A stretch of DNA of 64,000 nt. Source: Thermoproteota archaeon (GTDB lineage: Archaea > Korarchaeota > Korarchaeia > Korarchaeales > Korarchaeaceae). Of this stretch, positions 48,125 to 57,234 are shown in pieces. The stretch's first letter is position 1, and every line of letters starts with the position of its first letter. Location of the stretch: contig JAOZFH010000055.1 of assembly GCA_027491415.1 (NCBI GenBank), forward strand, positions 1-64,000, given 5' to 3'. Under the pieces are notes generated by a model that did not search any database, was not told where the DNA came from, and saw nothing but the letters and a program-made list of their open reading frames with translations. Both the position numbers and the translations under genes were made by a program.

Positions 48125-48249
48125 CTCCAGGCCGCGCTCGGCGTTGCGGTAATTATAGTGTTGACACCCGGAGAGACCCGCGAGGGGGCACATCGACACC
48201 TAGTTCTGCCAAATCTTTTTACACCGGTCGAGAATCGGTCCTTGGGAGA

Positions 48250-49008
48250 ATGCTCTCCTACCTCGACGTGACCAAGCTCTACGGTGAGGTCAAAGCCCTA
48301 GACGGCGTGACCGTCGAGTTCCGCTCGGGCGTCATCAACGCCCTGCTGGGTCCCAATGGCTCCGGAAAGAGCACCATGATGAAGATGTCCGTCGGCCTCG
48401 TCAGACCGGACTCAGGCCAAGTGAGGGTCGACGGCGTCGATCCCTCGAAGGATCCCGTCGCGGCCAGGAGGATCGTGGGCTACTCGCCCGAGGAGATCGT
48501 ACTCTACGAGAGCCTCACGCCCGCAGAGCTGTTCTCCTTCGTGGGATCCATTCACGGCATCCCGAAGGAGACGCTCAAGGAGAGGGTGAACACTCTGATC
48601 CGCCTCTTTCGGCTGGAGGAATACATGGGAAAGCTCATCGGAGAGCTGAGCCACGGGAACAGGAGGAAGGTGTCAATAGCACTTGCCCTACTCCACGATC
48701 CTCGGGTGGTTATTCTAGACGAGCCCTTCTCGGGTCTGGACCCACAGGCTGGCAAGATACTAAAGGAGCTCCTGAGGAAGTACGCCAATGAGGGCAGGAC
48801 CGTCCTCTTCTCGACGCACGTGCTCGAGCTGGCCGAGGCCGTGGCAGACAGGATCACCATACTCCATCAGGGAAGAGTGGTGGGGTTCGGCTCTCCGAAG
48901 GACCTGAAGGAGAGGCTGGCTGCAGCGGACCTGGAGACCGCCTTCCTGAAGGCCACGGGCCTTTCAGAGGAAGTCCGAGAGCTTCTCGAGACCCTCTGGG
49001 GATCTTGA
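48250..49008 (+). CDS. ABC transporter ATP-binding protein
   Basis: GPNGSGKST, LSHG, ILDEPFSGLDP, STH. Confidence 0.95.
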   Translation: MLSYLDVTKLYGEVKALDGVTVEFRSGVINALLGPNGSGKSTMMKMSVGLVRPDSGQVRVDGVDPSKDPVAARRIVGYSPEEIVLYESLTPAELFSFVGSIHGIPKETLKERVNTLIRLFRLEEYMGKLIGELSHGNRRKVSIALALLHDPRVVILDEPFSGLDPQAGKILKELLRKYANEGRTVLFSTHVLELAEAVADRITILHQGRVVGFGSPKDLKERLAAADLETAFLKATGLSEEVRELLETLWGS

Positions 49009-50547
49009 ATGGCGCGCTGGTCGGAAATCGCGGGCATCCTGGCAAAGGAGGCTTCCTACAGGGCCCGGAGGAGGGCGGGGGCCGAGAGATCCCGCCTGAT
49101 CAAGCTTGTGGGCGGGGGACTCGTGAGGTCCAACCTGCTCGGCGCACTCCTGTTCACCGGCATGTCCCTGTTCTTCTGCATCGGCGCAGTCTTCGACCAG
49201 AGGTTCATAGTCCCCATGATGGGCGTCCTCGGCCTGGTGGAACTCCTCGTCGGGGCCTTCGCCACCGCCAGCACGGTGCACGTGATACTCACTGAGGGGC
49301 TCTTGGAGCCCCTCTCAACGCTTCCCGTGACCGAGTCCGACATCAGACTGGCCCTCCTGAGCGTTGGGGTCTACTGGGGTGGCCTCTCCATGGTGTTCGC
49401 CGTGATCCCGGGCGCCCTCCTGATTGCCGCGAGGAGGGGGATGTGGACGGTCGCCCTGTGGGGGACCTTGGAGGCCGTAGCCCTCCTGCTCTTGGCCTTC
49501 GGAGTGGGCTACCTCTTGGGGTCGCTCAGCCCGAAGTACACTAGGAGTAGGATCTCCAGAGCTCTACAAACTGTTGCCTGGCTCCTCTTCTTCGGGTTCG
49601 GTCTCTTGTTCCAGCTGCTGCCTCACCAGGCCGCTGGCTTCGAGGGAGAGGCTGGAGTCCCGGGGTGGCTGCTCTTGGTCCCGCCCTTCTCGTTCCCTGC
49701 AGCCGCGCTGGGCGTTCGAGAGGCCATCGCCTCGTCTCTGGCGTTCGCAGCCTTGAGCTCCGTAATCCTGAGGGTTGGCGCAGGGAGGCTGTGGAGGGCC
49801 GCCTCCTCCGGCCGATTCGCCTTACCCACGTCTGCGCCCACGGGGAAGTGGGTCATAACGGCTGGGAGACTTCAGCCCCTGAAGAAGGATCTCAGGCTCC
49901 TCGGGATGAACCCGAGGATGCTCGCCTCCACCGTTTACTACGCGGTGATCGGGCCCGCAATAGTCATCGCGCCGATGCTCGCAGATGTCATGACTGGAGA
50001 CTCCGGGATCAGCCGCTTCCTCCCGGCGATCGGCTTGTTCTTCGGAGGCGTGGGTGGAGCAGGGGTCTACTACCTGTACGCCCTCGACGCCGAGGGGGCC
50101 AGGCTGCTCTACCACCTCCCCCTAACGAGGGGGGAGGTCGCGAGACAGAAGGCCCTGACGCTGGCCGCGACCGTGTCGCCTATAGTGCTCATCGTGGGGG
50201 TGGTTGGGGCACTCTCCGGCGGAATGCTGGCGGGCTTGGCGGCGGTGGTCACCTACGGGCTCACGCTGCTGGGATCGGCCATGCTCAACTCGGCGATCCT
50301 GGCCAAGAGACTCCCGAGGGAGCCCTCCGCCTGGACCCAAGAGACTTTCTCCAAGGGAACCCTGGGGCTCCTCATGCTGGCGGAGTTTGTCGTCTTCGGC
50401 GCCGCTGCCGCCGCGGCCGTCGTTCCGGCGATGCTGTTCGGAGGAGTTGGAAGTGACCTGCTCTCGACGGCCCTGGCGCTCATAGAGTCGATATTTACCC
50501 TCTACCTAGGGTGGAAGTGGACGAGGGGGTTGAGAGACCCCCTCTGA
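49009..50547 (+). CDS. ABC exporter permease (fused two-repeat type)
   Basis: About 12 TM helices, LSTLPV, KKDLRLL, starts immediately after the ATPase stop. Confidence 0.8.
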   Translation: MARWSEIAGILAKEASYRARRRAGAERSRLIKLVGGGLVRSNLLGALLFTGMSLFFCIGAVFDQRFIVPMMGVLGLVELLVGAFATASTVHVILTEGLLEPLSTLPVTESDIRLALLSVGVYWGGLSMVFAVIPGALLIAARRGMWTVALWGTLEAVALLLLAFGVGYLLGSLSPKYTRSRISRALQTVAWLLFFGFGLLFQLLPHQAAGFEGEAGVPGWLLLVPPFSFPAAALGVREAIASSLAFAALSSVILRVGAGRLWRAASSGRFALPTSAPTGKWVITAGRLQPLKKDLRLLGMNPRMLASTVYYAVIGPAIVIAPMLADVMTGDSGISRFLPAIGLFFGGVGGAGVYYLYALDAEGARLLYHLPLTRGEVARQKALTLAATVSPIVLIVGVVGALSGGMLAGLAAVVTYGLTLLGSAMLNSAILAKRLPREPSAWTQETFSKGTLGLLMLAEFVVFGAAAAAAVVPAMLFGGVGSDLLSTALALIESIFTLYLGWKWTRGLRDPL

Positions 50548-50556
50548 GCACAGACA

Positions 50557-51936
50557 CTACGCCAGGAGGTCCTCGTACTCGAACTTGGCCCCGTACTTGC
50601 TCTTGAAGGTCTCCCTGAGCCTAGTGGCCACCTTGTCGGCCTCTTCCATCACGCGCTCCTCGTCGTAGGCCAGCACCTTCCCGTTCTCCATCAGCACCCT
50701 CCCGTCGACAACCACGTCCTCCACGTCCCCTATGGTGGCTGAGTACACGAGCGACCCGACGGGGTCGTGCACCGGCCATATCCAGGGTCTCTTGGCGTTG
50801 AGCACCATTATGTCGGCCCTCTTGCCAACCTCGAGCGAGCCTATCTCCCGCTCCAGCCCAAGGACCCTGGCCCCGTTGACCGTGGCCATCTCCAGGACGT
50901 CCCAGGCGGTTATCACGGACGCATCCAGCTTCGCCACCTTGTGGAGGAGGGCCGCGAACTTCATCGAGGTGATCAGGTCGTGATTGTCGTTGCTGGCCGG
51001 CCCATCCGTTCCCAGGGCCACGTTCACGCCCGCCCACATCATCTCGGGGATCTTGGCTATGCCCGAGGCTATGTACATGTTGCTCACCGGGTTGTGGATC
51101 ACGTGGGCCCCCGTCTCGGCCAGCATCTTGATCTCCTCGTCTGACACCCAAACCGAGTGGACCGCGTGGTACCTGGGCCCGAGAACGCCCAGTCCCTTCA
51201 GGTAGGTCACGTCAGTCTTTCCATGCACCTTCTTCTGGAGTTCCTGGTCCCCCATTGACTCCCCCGTGTGCACATGGAGGGGCACGCCGTACCTGTCCGA
51301 CAGGTCCTTCGCCCTCAGCAGGAACTCGTCGGAGGCGAAGCAGGGGTGCATCGGCGCCACCCCCACCATTATCCGGCCGTTCTCAGCCCCGTGGTACTTC
51401 TTGATCAGCCTCTCAGCGTCGGAGATGATCGTGTCCACGTCCTCAAGCAGGGGCTCGTGGGCGTTAATCTCGTACCCGCCCCTGGGCACGCAGCCCCTGA
51501 TCCCGGACTCGATCATGGTGTCCAGGACCTCGTCGTAGAACCTCCCGCCGTAGTGGTTGTCTATGATCGTGGTGACGCCGGACTTCAGGTTCTCGATTAT
51601 CCCCAGCTTCGACGACACCCTCACGTCGTCGGCCGTCATCTCAGCCAGCATGGGCCAGACCGAACTCCTGAGCCACTCCAACAGGGGCTTGTCAACGGCC
51701 AGCGTCCTTATCAGGACCTGGAACATGTGGTCGTGTCCATTCACCAGGCCGGGAAACACCAGCCTGCCGGGCCCGCCCAGCTCCCTCTCGAAGGGGCCGA
51801 ACTTTTGCCTAGCCTCCTCGGCCCTGCCCACAAAGGCGATCCTGTCTCCCTCAACGACGACGGCCCCGTTCCGGTAGATCCTCCTCTCCGGGTCGACGGT
51901 AACTACGTAATCCCCGAAGACGGCCAGCTCGGCCAT
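50557..51936 (-). CDS. Amidohydrolase (MTA/SAH deaminase, Atz/Trz-like)
   Basis: PGLVNGHDH, HTGES, AVHSVW, NPVSN, GTDGPASN, GSLEVGKRAD. Confidence 0.88.
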   Translation of the reverse strand: MAELAVFGDYVVTVDPERRIYRNGAVVVEGDRIAFVGRAEEARQKFGPFERELGGPGRLVFPGLVNGHDHMFQVLIRTLAVDKPLLEWLRSSVWPMLAEMTADDVRVSSKLGIIENLKSGVTTIIDNHYGGRFYDEVLDTMIESGIRGCVPRGGYEINAHEPLLEDVDTIISDAERLIKKYHGAENGRIMVGVAPMHPCFASDEFLLRAKDLSDRYGVPLHVHTGESMGDQELQKKVHGKTDVTYLKGLGVLGPRYHAVHSVWVSDEEIKMLAETGAHVIHNPVSNMYIASGIAKIPEMMWAGVNVALGTDGPASNDNHDLITSMKFAALLHKVAKLDASVITAWDVLEMATVNGARVLGLEREIGSLEVGKRADIMVLNAKRPWIWPVHDPVGSLVYSATIGDVEDVVVDGRVLMENGKVLAYDEERVMEEADKVATRLRETFKSKYGAKFEYEDLLA

Positions 51937-51969
51937 CAGAAGACACCGGCCGAGCCAGCGGGGGATTCC

Positions 51970-52617
51970 TTATTTCTGTTTGGACCTTTTGGCCTTCCTG
52001 CCCTTCTTCGAACCGGTCGACCTCAGCTTGAGGAAGGCCAGCGCCCCGCCGACGGCGGCCGGCGCGGCCAGGGCCAGAACCCAAGCTGGGAGGCCGACTC
52101 CGGAGGAGGGCTCGACGTAGTACCTCCCGACCAGCTCGCACAGCTGGTTTGGCTGGGTCTCGCCGACCTTGGCGAACTTCACCTGCCCGTCGGGCCCGAC
52201 GACAACTATGGTCGGGACGTACAGGAGCCTGTAGTCCAGGGCGACCTGCTGGGTCGCCTCCGCGAACTCCCAGCCGTCGACCCTGTGCTCCTCGAATAGC
52301 GCCCTGTCTGCCTCCTCGTCGCCGCTGACGCCGACGAGGAGCACTGTGGCCTTGTCAGAGTTGGGGCAGTAGGCCCACTCCCCGGAGAGCTGGGTTATCT
52401 CCGCCTGGCAGTGGGGGCAGTAGTGGGCGAAGAACACCAGGATAACGGGCTTGCCCTCTGAGAGGAGCTCGGAGAGCGTCAGGTTATACCCATACGGCGA
52501 TGCCAGCGTAAAGTTCGGGGCCTGCGTGCCTACCTTTGGCTGGGCGATTGCGGACGACGCCCCTGTGACCAATAGAATGGCGGTCGCCAGGGTGATTAGT
52601 CTAAGACGTCGGTTCAA
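51970..52617 (-). CDS. Exported TlpA/ResA-like thioredoxin with C-terminal TM anchor
   Basis: Signal peptide, APNFTL, FFAHYCPHC, VPT, then TM plus basic tail. Confidence 0.82.
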   Translation of the reverse strand: MNRRLRLITLATAILLVTGASSAIAQPKVGTQAPNFTLASPYGYNLTLSELLSEGKPVILVFFAHYCPHCQAEITQLSGEWAYCPNSDKATVLLVGVSGDEEADRALFEEHRVDGWEFAEATQQVALDYRLLYVPTIVVVGPDGQVKFAKVGETQPNQLCELVGRYYVEPSSGVGLPAWVLALAAPAAVGGALAFLKLRSTGSKKGRKAKRSKQK

Positions 52618-54293
52618 ACTCGACCCCCGCGGCCGAACTGGGACTCGTATATTTCCCTCACCCTGTCGATCGTGTCGGCCTCTTCCGGAGACTTGTCGTC
52701 CCTGATCCTCACTATGCGGGCGAACCTGAGGGCATAGCCCGACGGGTACTTGGGGCTCCTCTGGACCTCGTTGAAGGCGACCTCCACCACCACCTCGGGC
52801 CTCACCCTGATGAAGCTGCCCCTGTCCTCCACGGCTATCTCACGCAGCCTCTGCGTCATCCACTCGAACTCCTCGTCCGTCAGGCCCTTGAACGTCTTTC
52901 CGACGACTAGGAACTCGCCGGTCTCCGGGTCCCTGGCGGCGAGGTAGTAGTCGCTGAACCACCTGTGCCTCCTGCCGTAGCCTCTCTCCGCCGCCACTAT
53001 GACGAGGTCCAGTGTCTTGGCCCGCTTGATCTTCAGCCAATGCTTCCCCCTGACCCCTGGGATGTAGGGGGACCTGAGCCCCTTGGCCATGAGGCCCTCG
53101 TGGCCCTCCGACAGCGCCCGCTCCAGGAACTCGCCAGCCTCGCCGGGGTCCCCGGAGACTATCGTGGGGACGATGCGCAGGGGCTCTGATATCGCGTCCT
53201 CCAGCGCGCGCCTCCTCTCGAGGTAGGGCTCGTCTATCAGAGGCCTCCCGTCGACCATGAGGGCGTCGAACAGGTAGACCCTCAGCGGTATGGACTGAAT
53301 CAGCTCGGGGGTCACGTTCACCCTCCTGAATCGCCTCATCAGGACCTGGAAGGGAAGCGGCCGACCCGACTCGCCGACCGCTATGACCTCTCCCTCCAGT
53401 ATCACCTCGTCCGCCCTCAGCCCATTCAACACCGCCTCGACCACGTCTGGGATGCTCCGCGTCACGTCCGAGAGCCTCCTGCTGAACACCCTAACCCTGC
53501 CCCCCCTCGCGTGAATCTGGACCCTGGCTCCGTCCAGCTTGTACTCGAAGGCTGCTCGTCCGCCGAGCTCCGCGAGCGCCTCGTCCACGGTCTCGGCCGT
53601 CTGTGCCAGCATAGGCCTGAGGGGCCTGAAGACCTCGGGCCTGAGGGTCCTGGCGGCCTGGGGACCTCCCCTGGCCGCGGCCTCTATGACGGCGGCCGGA
53701 TCTCCGGTGACCATGACGGCCCTCTCGACCTCCTGCCTCGACAGGCCGTAGGCCTCGGCGATGGCGTCGATCAGGAGACCCTCGCTCAGGCCCAGCCTCG
53801 TCTCGCCAACCATCGCGTTGACCAAGAGCCAGGCCTCCCTCGGGCTGGCCCTGGAGAGGAGAGACCTCAGGATCGCCTCCTTCTTGGCCCTGGATCCGGG
53901 GCCGCTGGCGGAGGCAATCGCCTCCAACTGAGCGTAGACCTCCCCCAGCGTGAGCTCCTCCTCGAACAGCGTGGCCTGCCTTCGCCTAGGAAACGCCTCG
54001 AAAACCCTCCTGACAGCGTCTCCCAGGTCGACCCCCTCGGACGCCACCCTTCTGACCTCAGTCGGCTTGGCGGGGATCAGGGACTCAACAACCCTCCAGA
54101 TCGTCGCCCAGGAGACGTCGAGAGATCTCTCGTCCCACGCCGGGAATACCTTCCCGGTGAGGATCAGGGCGGCCCGGACGGCGGCCTCAGGCTCCAGTCT
54201 CCTGAGGAGCGAGGCCATCAGCCTGACCTTCTCCAGCCTGGACGAGGTCGAGGCGATCTTCTCTGCAACGTCAACGAGCTCGGAGAACCTCGT
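52614..54293 (-). CDS. lig: ATP-dependent DNA ligase
   Basis: PMLA, EYKLDGAR, EGEV, EGLMAK, WLKIK, DLVI, ALRFAR. The conserved N-terminus RFSEL...SSRLEK extends upstream of ATG 54218, so the start is uncertain. Confidence 0.93.
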   Translation of the reverse strand, partial: TRFSELVDVAEKIASTSSRLEKVRLMASLLRRLEPEAAVRAALILTGKVFPAWDERSLDVSWATIWRVVESLIPAKPTEVRRVASEGVDLGDAVRRVFEAFPRRRQATLFEEELTLGEVYAQLEAIASASGPGSRAKKEAILRSLLSRASPREAWLLVNAMVGETRLGLSEGLLIDAIAEAYGLSRQEVERAVMVTGDPAAVIEAAARGGPQAARTLRPEVFRPLRPMLAQTAETVDEALAELGGRAAFEYKLDGARVQIHARGGRVRVFSRRLSDVTRSIPDVVEAVLNGLRADEVILEGEVIAVGESGRPLPFQVLMRRFRRVNVTPELIQSIPLRVYLFDALMVDGRPLIDEPYLERRRALEDAISEPLRIVPTIVSGDPGEAGEFLERALSEGHEGLMAKGLRSPYIPGVRGKHWLKIKRAKTLDLVIVAAERGYGRRHRWFSDYYLAARDPETGEFLVVGKTFKGLTDEEFEWMTQRLREIAVEDRGSFIRVRPEVVVEVAFNEVQRSPKYPSGYALRFARIVRIRDDKSPEEADTIDRVREIYESQFGRGGRV

Positions 54294-54329
54294 GGGCCGC
54301 CCCCTCGAGGGAGGCAGGGGGAGAACCTA

Positions 54330-54626
54330 TTAACCGGGCCCGCCCTCACGCTCCGCCAGCTCAGCAGCCTCCGCGATCATGTCAGCGATCTCCTCGGCGC
54401 TGGCCCCCAGAAACTCTATGCCAAACTTCCTGATGACCTTGAGGACCTCATCGCGCGACGGCTCGACGCCAGATAGTGATTCCTCGAAGGCCTCCAGGGC
54501 TCCCTCGGGGTAAGCGAAGAAGTCCCCTGAGATCACGACCCTCCTTAGCCTCCCAGCCTCCACCTCTACCTCCACGTCGACGGTCTTGCCCCCGACGCAC
54601 CTCCTCCTGACCCTTGCGGCTCCCAA
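54330..54626 (-). CDS. lplB: Lipoate-protein ligase accessory (C-terminal) domain subunit
   Basis: GGKTV...ISGDFFAYP...EESLSG. TTG start after GGAGGTGA. Confidence 0.8.
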   Translation of the reverse strand: MGAARVRRRCVGGKTVDVEVEVEAGRLRRVVISGDFFAYPEGALEAFEESLSGVEPSRDEVLKVIRKFGIEFLGASAEEIADMIAEAAELAEREGGPG

Positions 54627-54631
54627 GCGGC

Positions 54632-55387
54632 TCACCTCCCCAGGTTCCACGCTTCCCTCCCGTACCTCTCCCTGGCCAGCCTCTCCGCCTCAGCCAGCTC
54701 CCGGTCGGTGGGCTCTCCCCGCTGAAACTCGGCGCCAAGGGCCTCCTCGAACCCCCTGAGCATGGCCTCCTGGACCTCCTCCCGAGAGATCCCCCTTCCC
54801 AGCTCGATGGAGACCGTCGTCACCCTCTCCCTGATGCTTGACACCCCGTGAGACTCGAGCTTCTCCCTAGGGGCCCTGAGCAGGCTCGCAAGCGTGTCAA
54901 GGTCCGTGGCGTACATCAGCGTGCCGTGTTGGAGCAGTGCACCCGCCCTCCTCACTTGGGCGCTTCCGGAGATCTTCTTCCCGTTAACCACCACGTCGTT
55001 CACTGGGACGAACTGGGCCCTGAGGCCTAGGATATCAAGCGCCTTGACGAGTCCAGAGCATATAACCCGGTAGCTGTCCAGGATGCTCCCTGGGAACAGC
55101 CTCACAGGCGCCACGACGGAATAGGTCACCTCGCCGAGCTCGTCGTGGTATACTGAGCCCCCACCTGTTATCCTCCTCACGACGGGGACGCCCAGCCTCC
55201 TGGCCGCATCGAGGTCTACCGACTCCCTGACCCTCTGGAACCGACCTATCGTGACGGCGCTGGGTTTGAAGGCGTAGAGCCTCAGAGTCGGCGGAGACTC
55301 CCCCCTAGAGACCGAGTTCAGGATCGCCTCGTCTAGGCCCATGTTAAGCGGCCCGTCGCCGTCAAGGAAGACCAATCTCCACCTCAG
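54632..55387 (-). CDS. lplA: Lipoate-protein ligase catalytic subunit
   Basis: NMGLDEA, PTLRLY, RRITGGGSVYHD, NDVVVNGKKISGSAQ, LQHGT. Start CTG 55387 or TTG 55375. Confidence 0.9.
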   Translation of the reverse strand: MRWRLVFLDGDGPLNMGLDEAILNSVSRGESPPTLRLYAFKPSAVTIGRFQRVRESVDLDAARRLGVPVVRRITGGGSVYHDELGEVTYSVVAPVRLFPGSILDSYRVICSGLVKALDILGLRAQFVPVNDVVVNGKKISGSAQVRRAGALLQHGTLMYATDLDTLASLLRAPREKLESHGVSSIRERVTTVSIELGRGISREEVQEAMLRGFEEALGAEFQRGEPTDRELAEAERLARERYGREAWNLGR

Positions 55388-55451
55388 GGCCTCTCCCCTC
55401 CGCCGGCCCAACTCGGGATGTTTCTTAATCAACCTGTTCACCGCGCCTGCG

Positions 55452-56363
55452 ATGCGAATCAGGGCCTCCCTTGGGACCCTTGCAGCCCTCGGGATGTCTC
55501 GGGTGCGGGTCGCGGCTGAGACTACCACAGCCTACCTGCTGCAGGCCCAAGAAGCCGGGTGCCTCGGCTCCTGTACCTTCTGCCCGCAGTCGAGGGTCTC
55601 GCAGTCCTCGAAGGAGCTCCTCTCTAGGGTCGAGTGGCCCGAAGTCGAGCTGGAGGAACTCGCAAGGAGGCTGGCCGCCGACCCCGGGCCAATAAGGAGG
55701 GTCTGCCTGCAGACCGTCATGTCGGAGGGTTTCGAGGAGGGGGCCCTGGAGATCCTCTCAACCCTCAGGGAGGCAGGAGTCGGGCTGCCTATCTCGGTGG
55801 CCATCACCCCCGTTGAAGAGAGTCTCCTCGAGCTGTTCAGGGTGCTCGGGGTGACCCACATCGGGGTGGGTCTCGACGCCGCCACCCCCGAGCTGGTAGA
55901 GAAGGTGGGCAAGCCCTTCAGCTGGGGCGAGTACTGGGACTTCACCGAGCGGGTTGTGAGGGTCTTCGGGCCCAGGAGAGCGCTAGTCCACCTCATATTT
56001 GGGCTGGGGGAGACGGAGGAGGAGTTCATCAGGGCCATGGCCTGGGCCTATCGCGTGAAGGCGGATGTGGCCCTGTTCGCCTTCACCCCCGTCCCAGGGA
56101 CGCCGATGGCCTCGAACCCCCCGCCGGATCTGGGGGCGTACAGACGGATGCAGGCCGCCAGGCACCTCCTATCGAGAGGCGCGAGCCTGGACGAGGTGCT
56201 TGAAAGGCTCAGGAAAGGTGAGCTGAGGCCGCCCCCCGAGGCGACCGTCACGTCGGGCTGCCCCTGGTGCAACAGACCGTTCTACAACGAGAGGCCCTCG
56301 GGACCCATCTACAACTTCCCCAGCCTGGAGATGGCCCTCTCCGCAAAGGGTGAGGGGATTTGA
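55452..56363 (+). CDS. lipS2: Archaeal-type lipoyl synthase subunit LipS2 (radical SAM)
   Basis: CLGSCTFC plus C-terminal TSGCPWCNRP, matching the TxGCPxC(N/D)RP motif of LipS2. Confidence 0.85.
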   Translation: MRIRASLGTLAALGMSRVRVAAETTTAYLLQAQEAGCLGSCTFCPQSRVSQSSKELLSRVEWPEVELEELARRLAADPGPIRRVCLQTVMSEGFEEGALEILSTLREAGVGLPISVAITPVEESLLELFRVLGVTHIGVGLDAATPELVEKVGKPFSWGEYWDFTERVVRVFGPRRALVHLIFGLGETEEEFIRAMAWAYRVKADVALFAFTPVPGTPMASNPPPDLGAYRRMQAARHLLSRGASLDEVLERLRKGELRPPPEATVTSGCPWCNRPFYNERPSGPIYNFPSLEMALSAKGEGI

Positions 56364-57217
56364 CCGCAATCGCCTTCTACCCGGGTAGGGCCTACCCCTC
56401 CGTCAGCGTCACCGGGCCAACGTGCCCGCTGAACTGCGACCTCTGCAGGGGCAGGTACCTGAGGGGGATGGCGAGCCCGCTGCCCGGGGAGACCCTGCTG
56501 GATCTGGCCAGGAGGCTGTCGGCGGAGGGGGCGAGGGGCATCCTGATAAGCGGGGGCTCCGACCTGAGGGGGAGGCTTCCGGTATTCGGGCTTCTGGATC
56601 AGGTGTCGGCCATCAAGAGGGAGCTCGGCCTCTACCTGAGCGTCCACCCCGGCCTCGTGGACAGGGCGGAGGCAGAGGCCCTCAGGCTGGCCGGGTTCGA
56701 CTCCGTGGACTACGATCTGCCCCCAGGCGATAGGGCGGCTGGGATAAGGGGCTTCCCCTACTCCGAGTTCCTGAGGTCGCTGGAGGCCGTGACCGAAGCC
56801 GGGCCTGGAAGGGTGGTCCCGCACGTCACCCTGGGACTCCCGGGGGTGAGGCCGGAGGACGAACTCTCCGCCATAGAGGAGGTGGCGTCCCGGGGATACG
56901 ACGAGCTGGTCCTGCTGGTCTTCATCCCAACTCAGGGCACGCCATTCGAGGGACTGAACCCGCCCTCGATGTCGAGGGTCCTGCCCGTCGTGAGGGAAGC
57001 CCGGAGGATCTTCGGCGGGGAGCTGTCGCTCGGGTGCATGCGGCCGAAGATCCTGAAGAGGGCACTCGATCCCGCGGTGGTTGAGGAGGGTCTGGTGGAC
57101 AGAATCGCCGTTCCAAGACCTGAGCTGGTCAAGCAGAGGGGTCTCGAGACGGTCGCGGCCTGCTGCGCCGTCCCAAGGTCCGAGTTCGGCAGGTTCCCCA
57201 GGGGGTTCCGCCCGTAG
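56360..57217 (+). CDS. lipS1: Archaeal-type lipoyl synthase subunit LipS1 (radical SAM)
   Basis: CPLNCDLC, LISGG, GCMR and C-terminal CC motifs of LipS1. TTGA overlap with lipS2. Confidence 0.85.
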   Translation: MTAIAFYPGRAYPSVSVTGPTCPLNCDLCRGRYLRGMASPLPGETLLDLARRLSAEGARGILISGGSDLRGRLPVFGLLDQVSAIKRELGLYLSVHPGLVDRAEAEALRLAGFDSVDYDLPPGDRAAGIRGFPYSEFLRSLEAVTEAGPGRVVPHVTLGLPGVRPEDELSAIEEVASRGYDELVLLVFIPTQGTPFEGLNPPSMSRVLPVVREARRIFGGELSLGCMRPKILKRALDPAVVEEGLVDRIAVPRPELVKQRGLETVAACCAVPRSEFGRFPRGFRP

Positions 57218-57234
57218 CCTCCCTTGGGTGGGGA

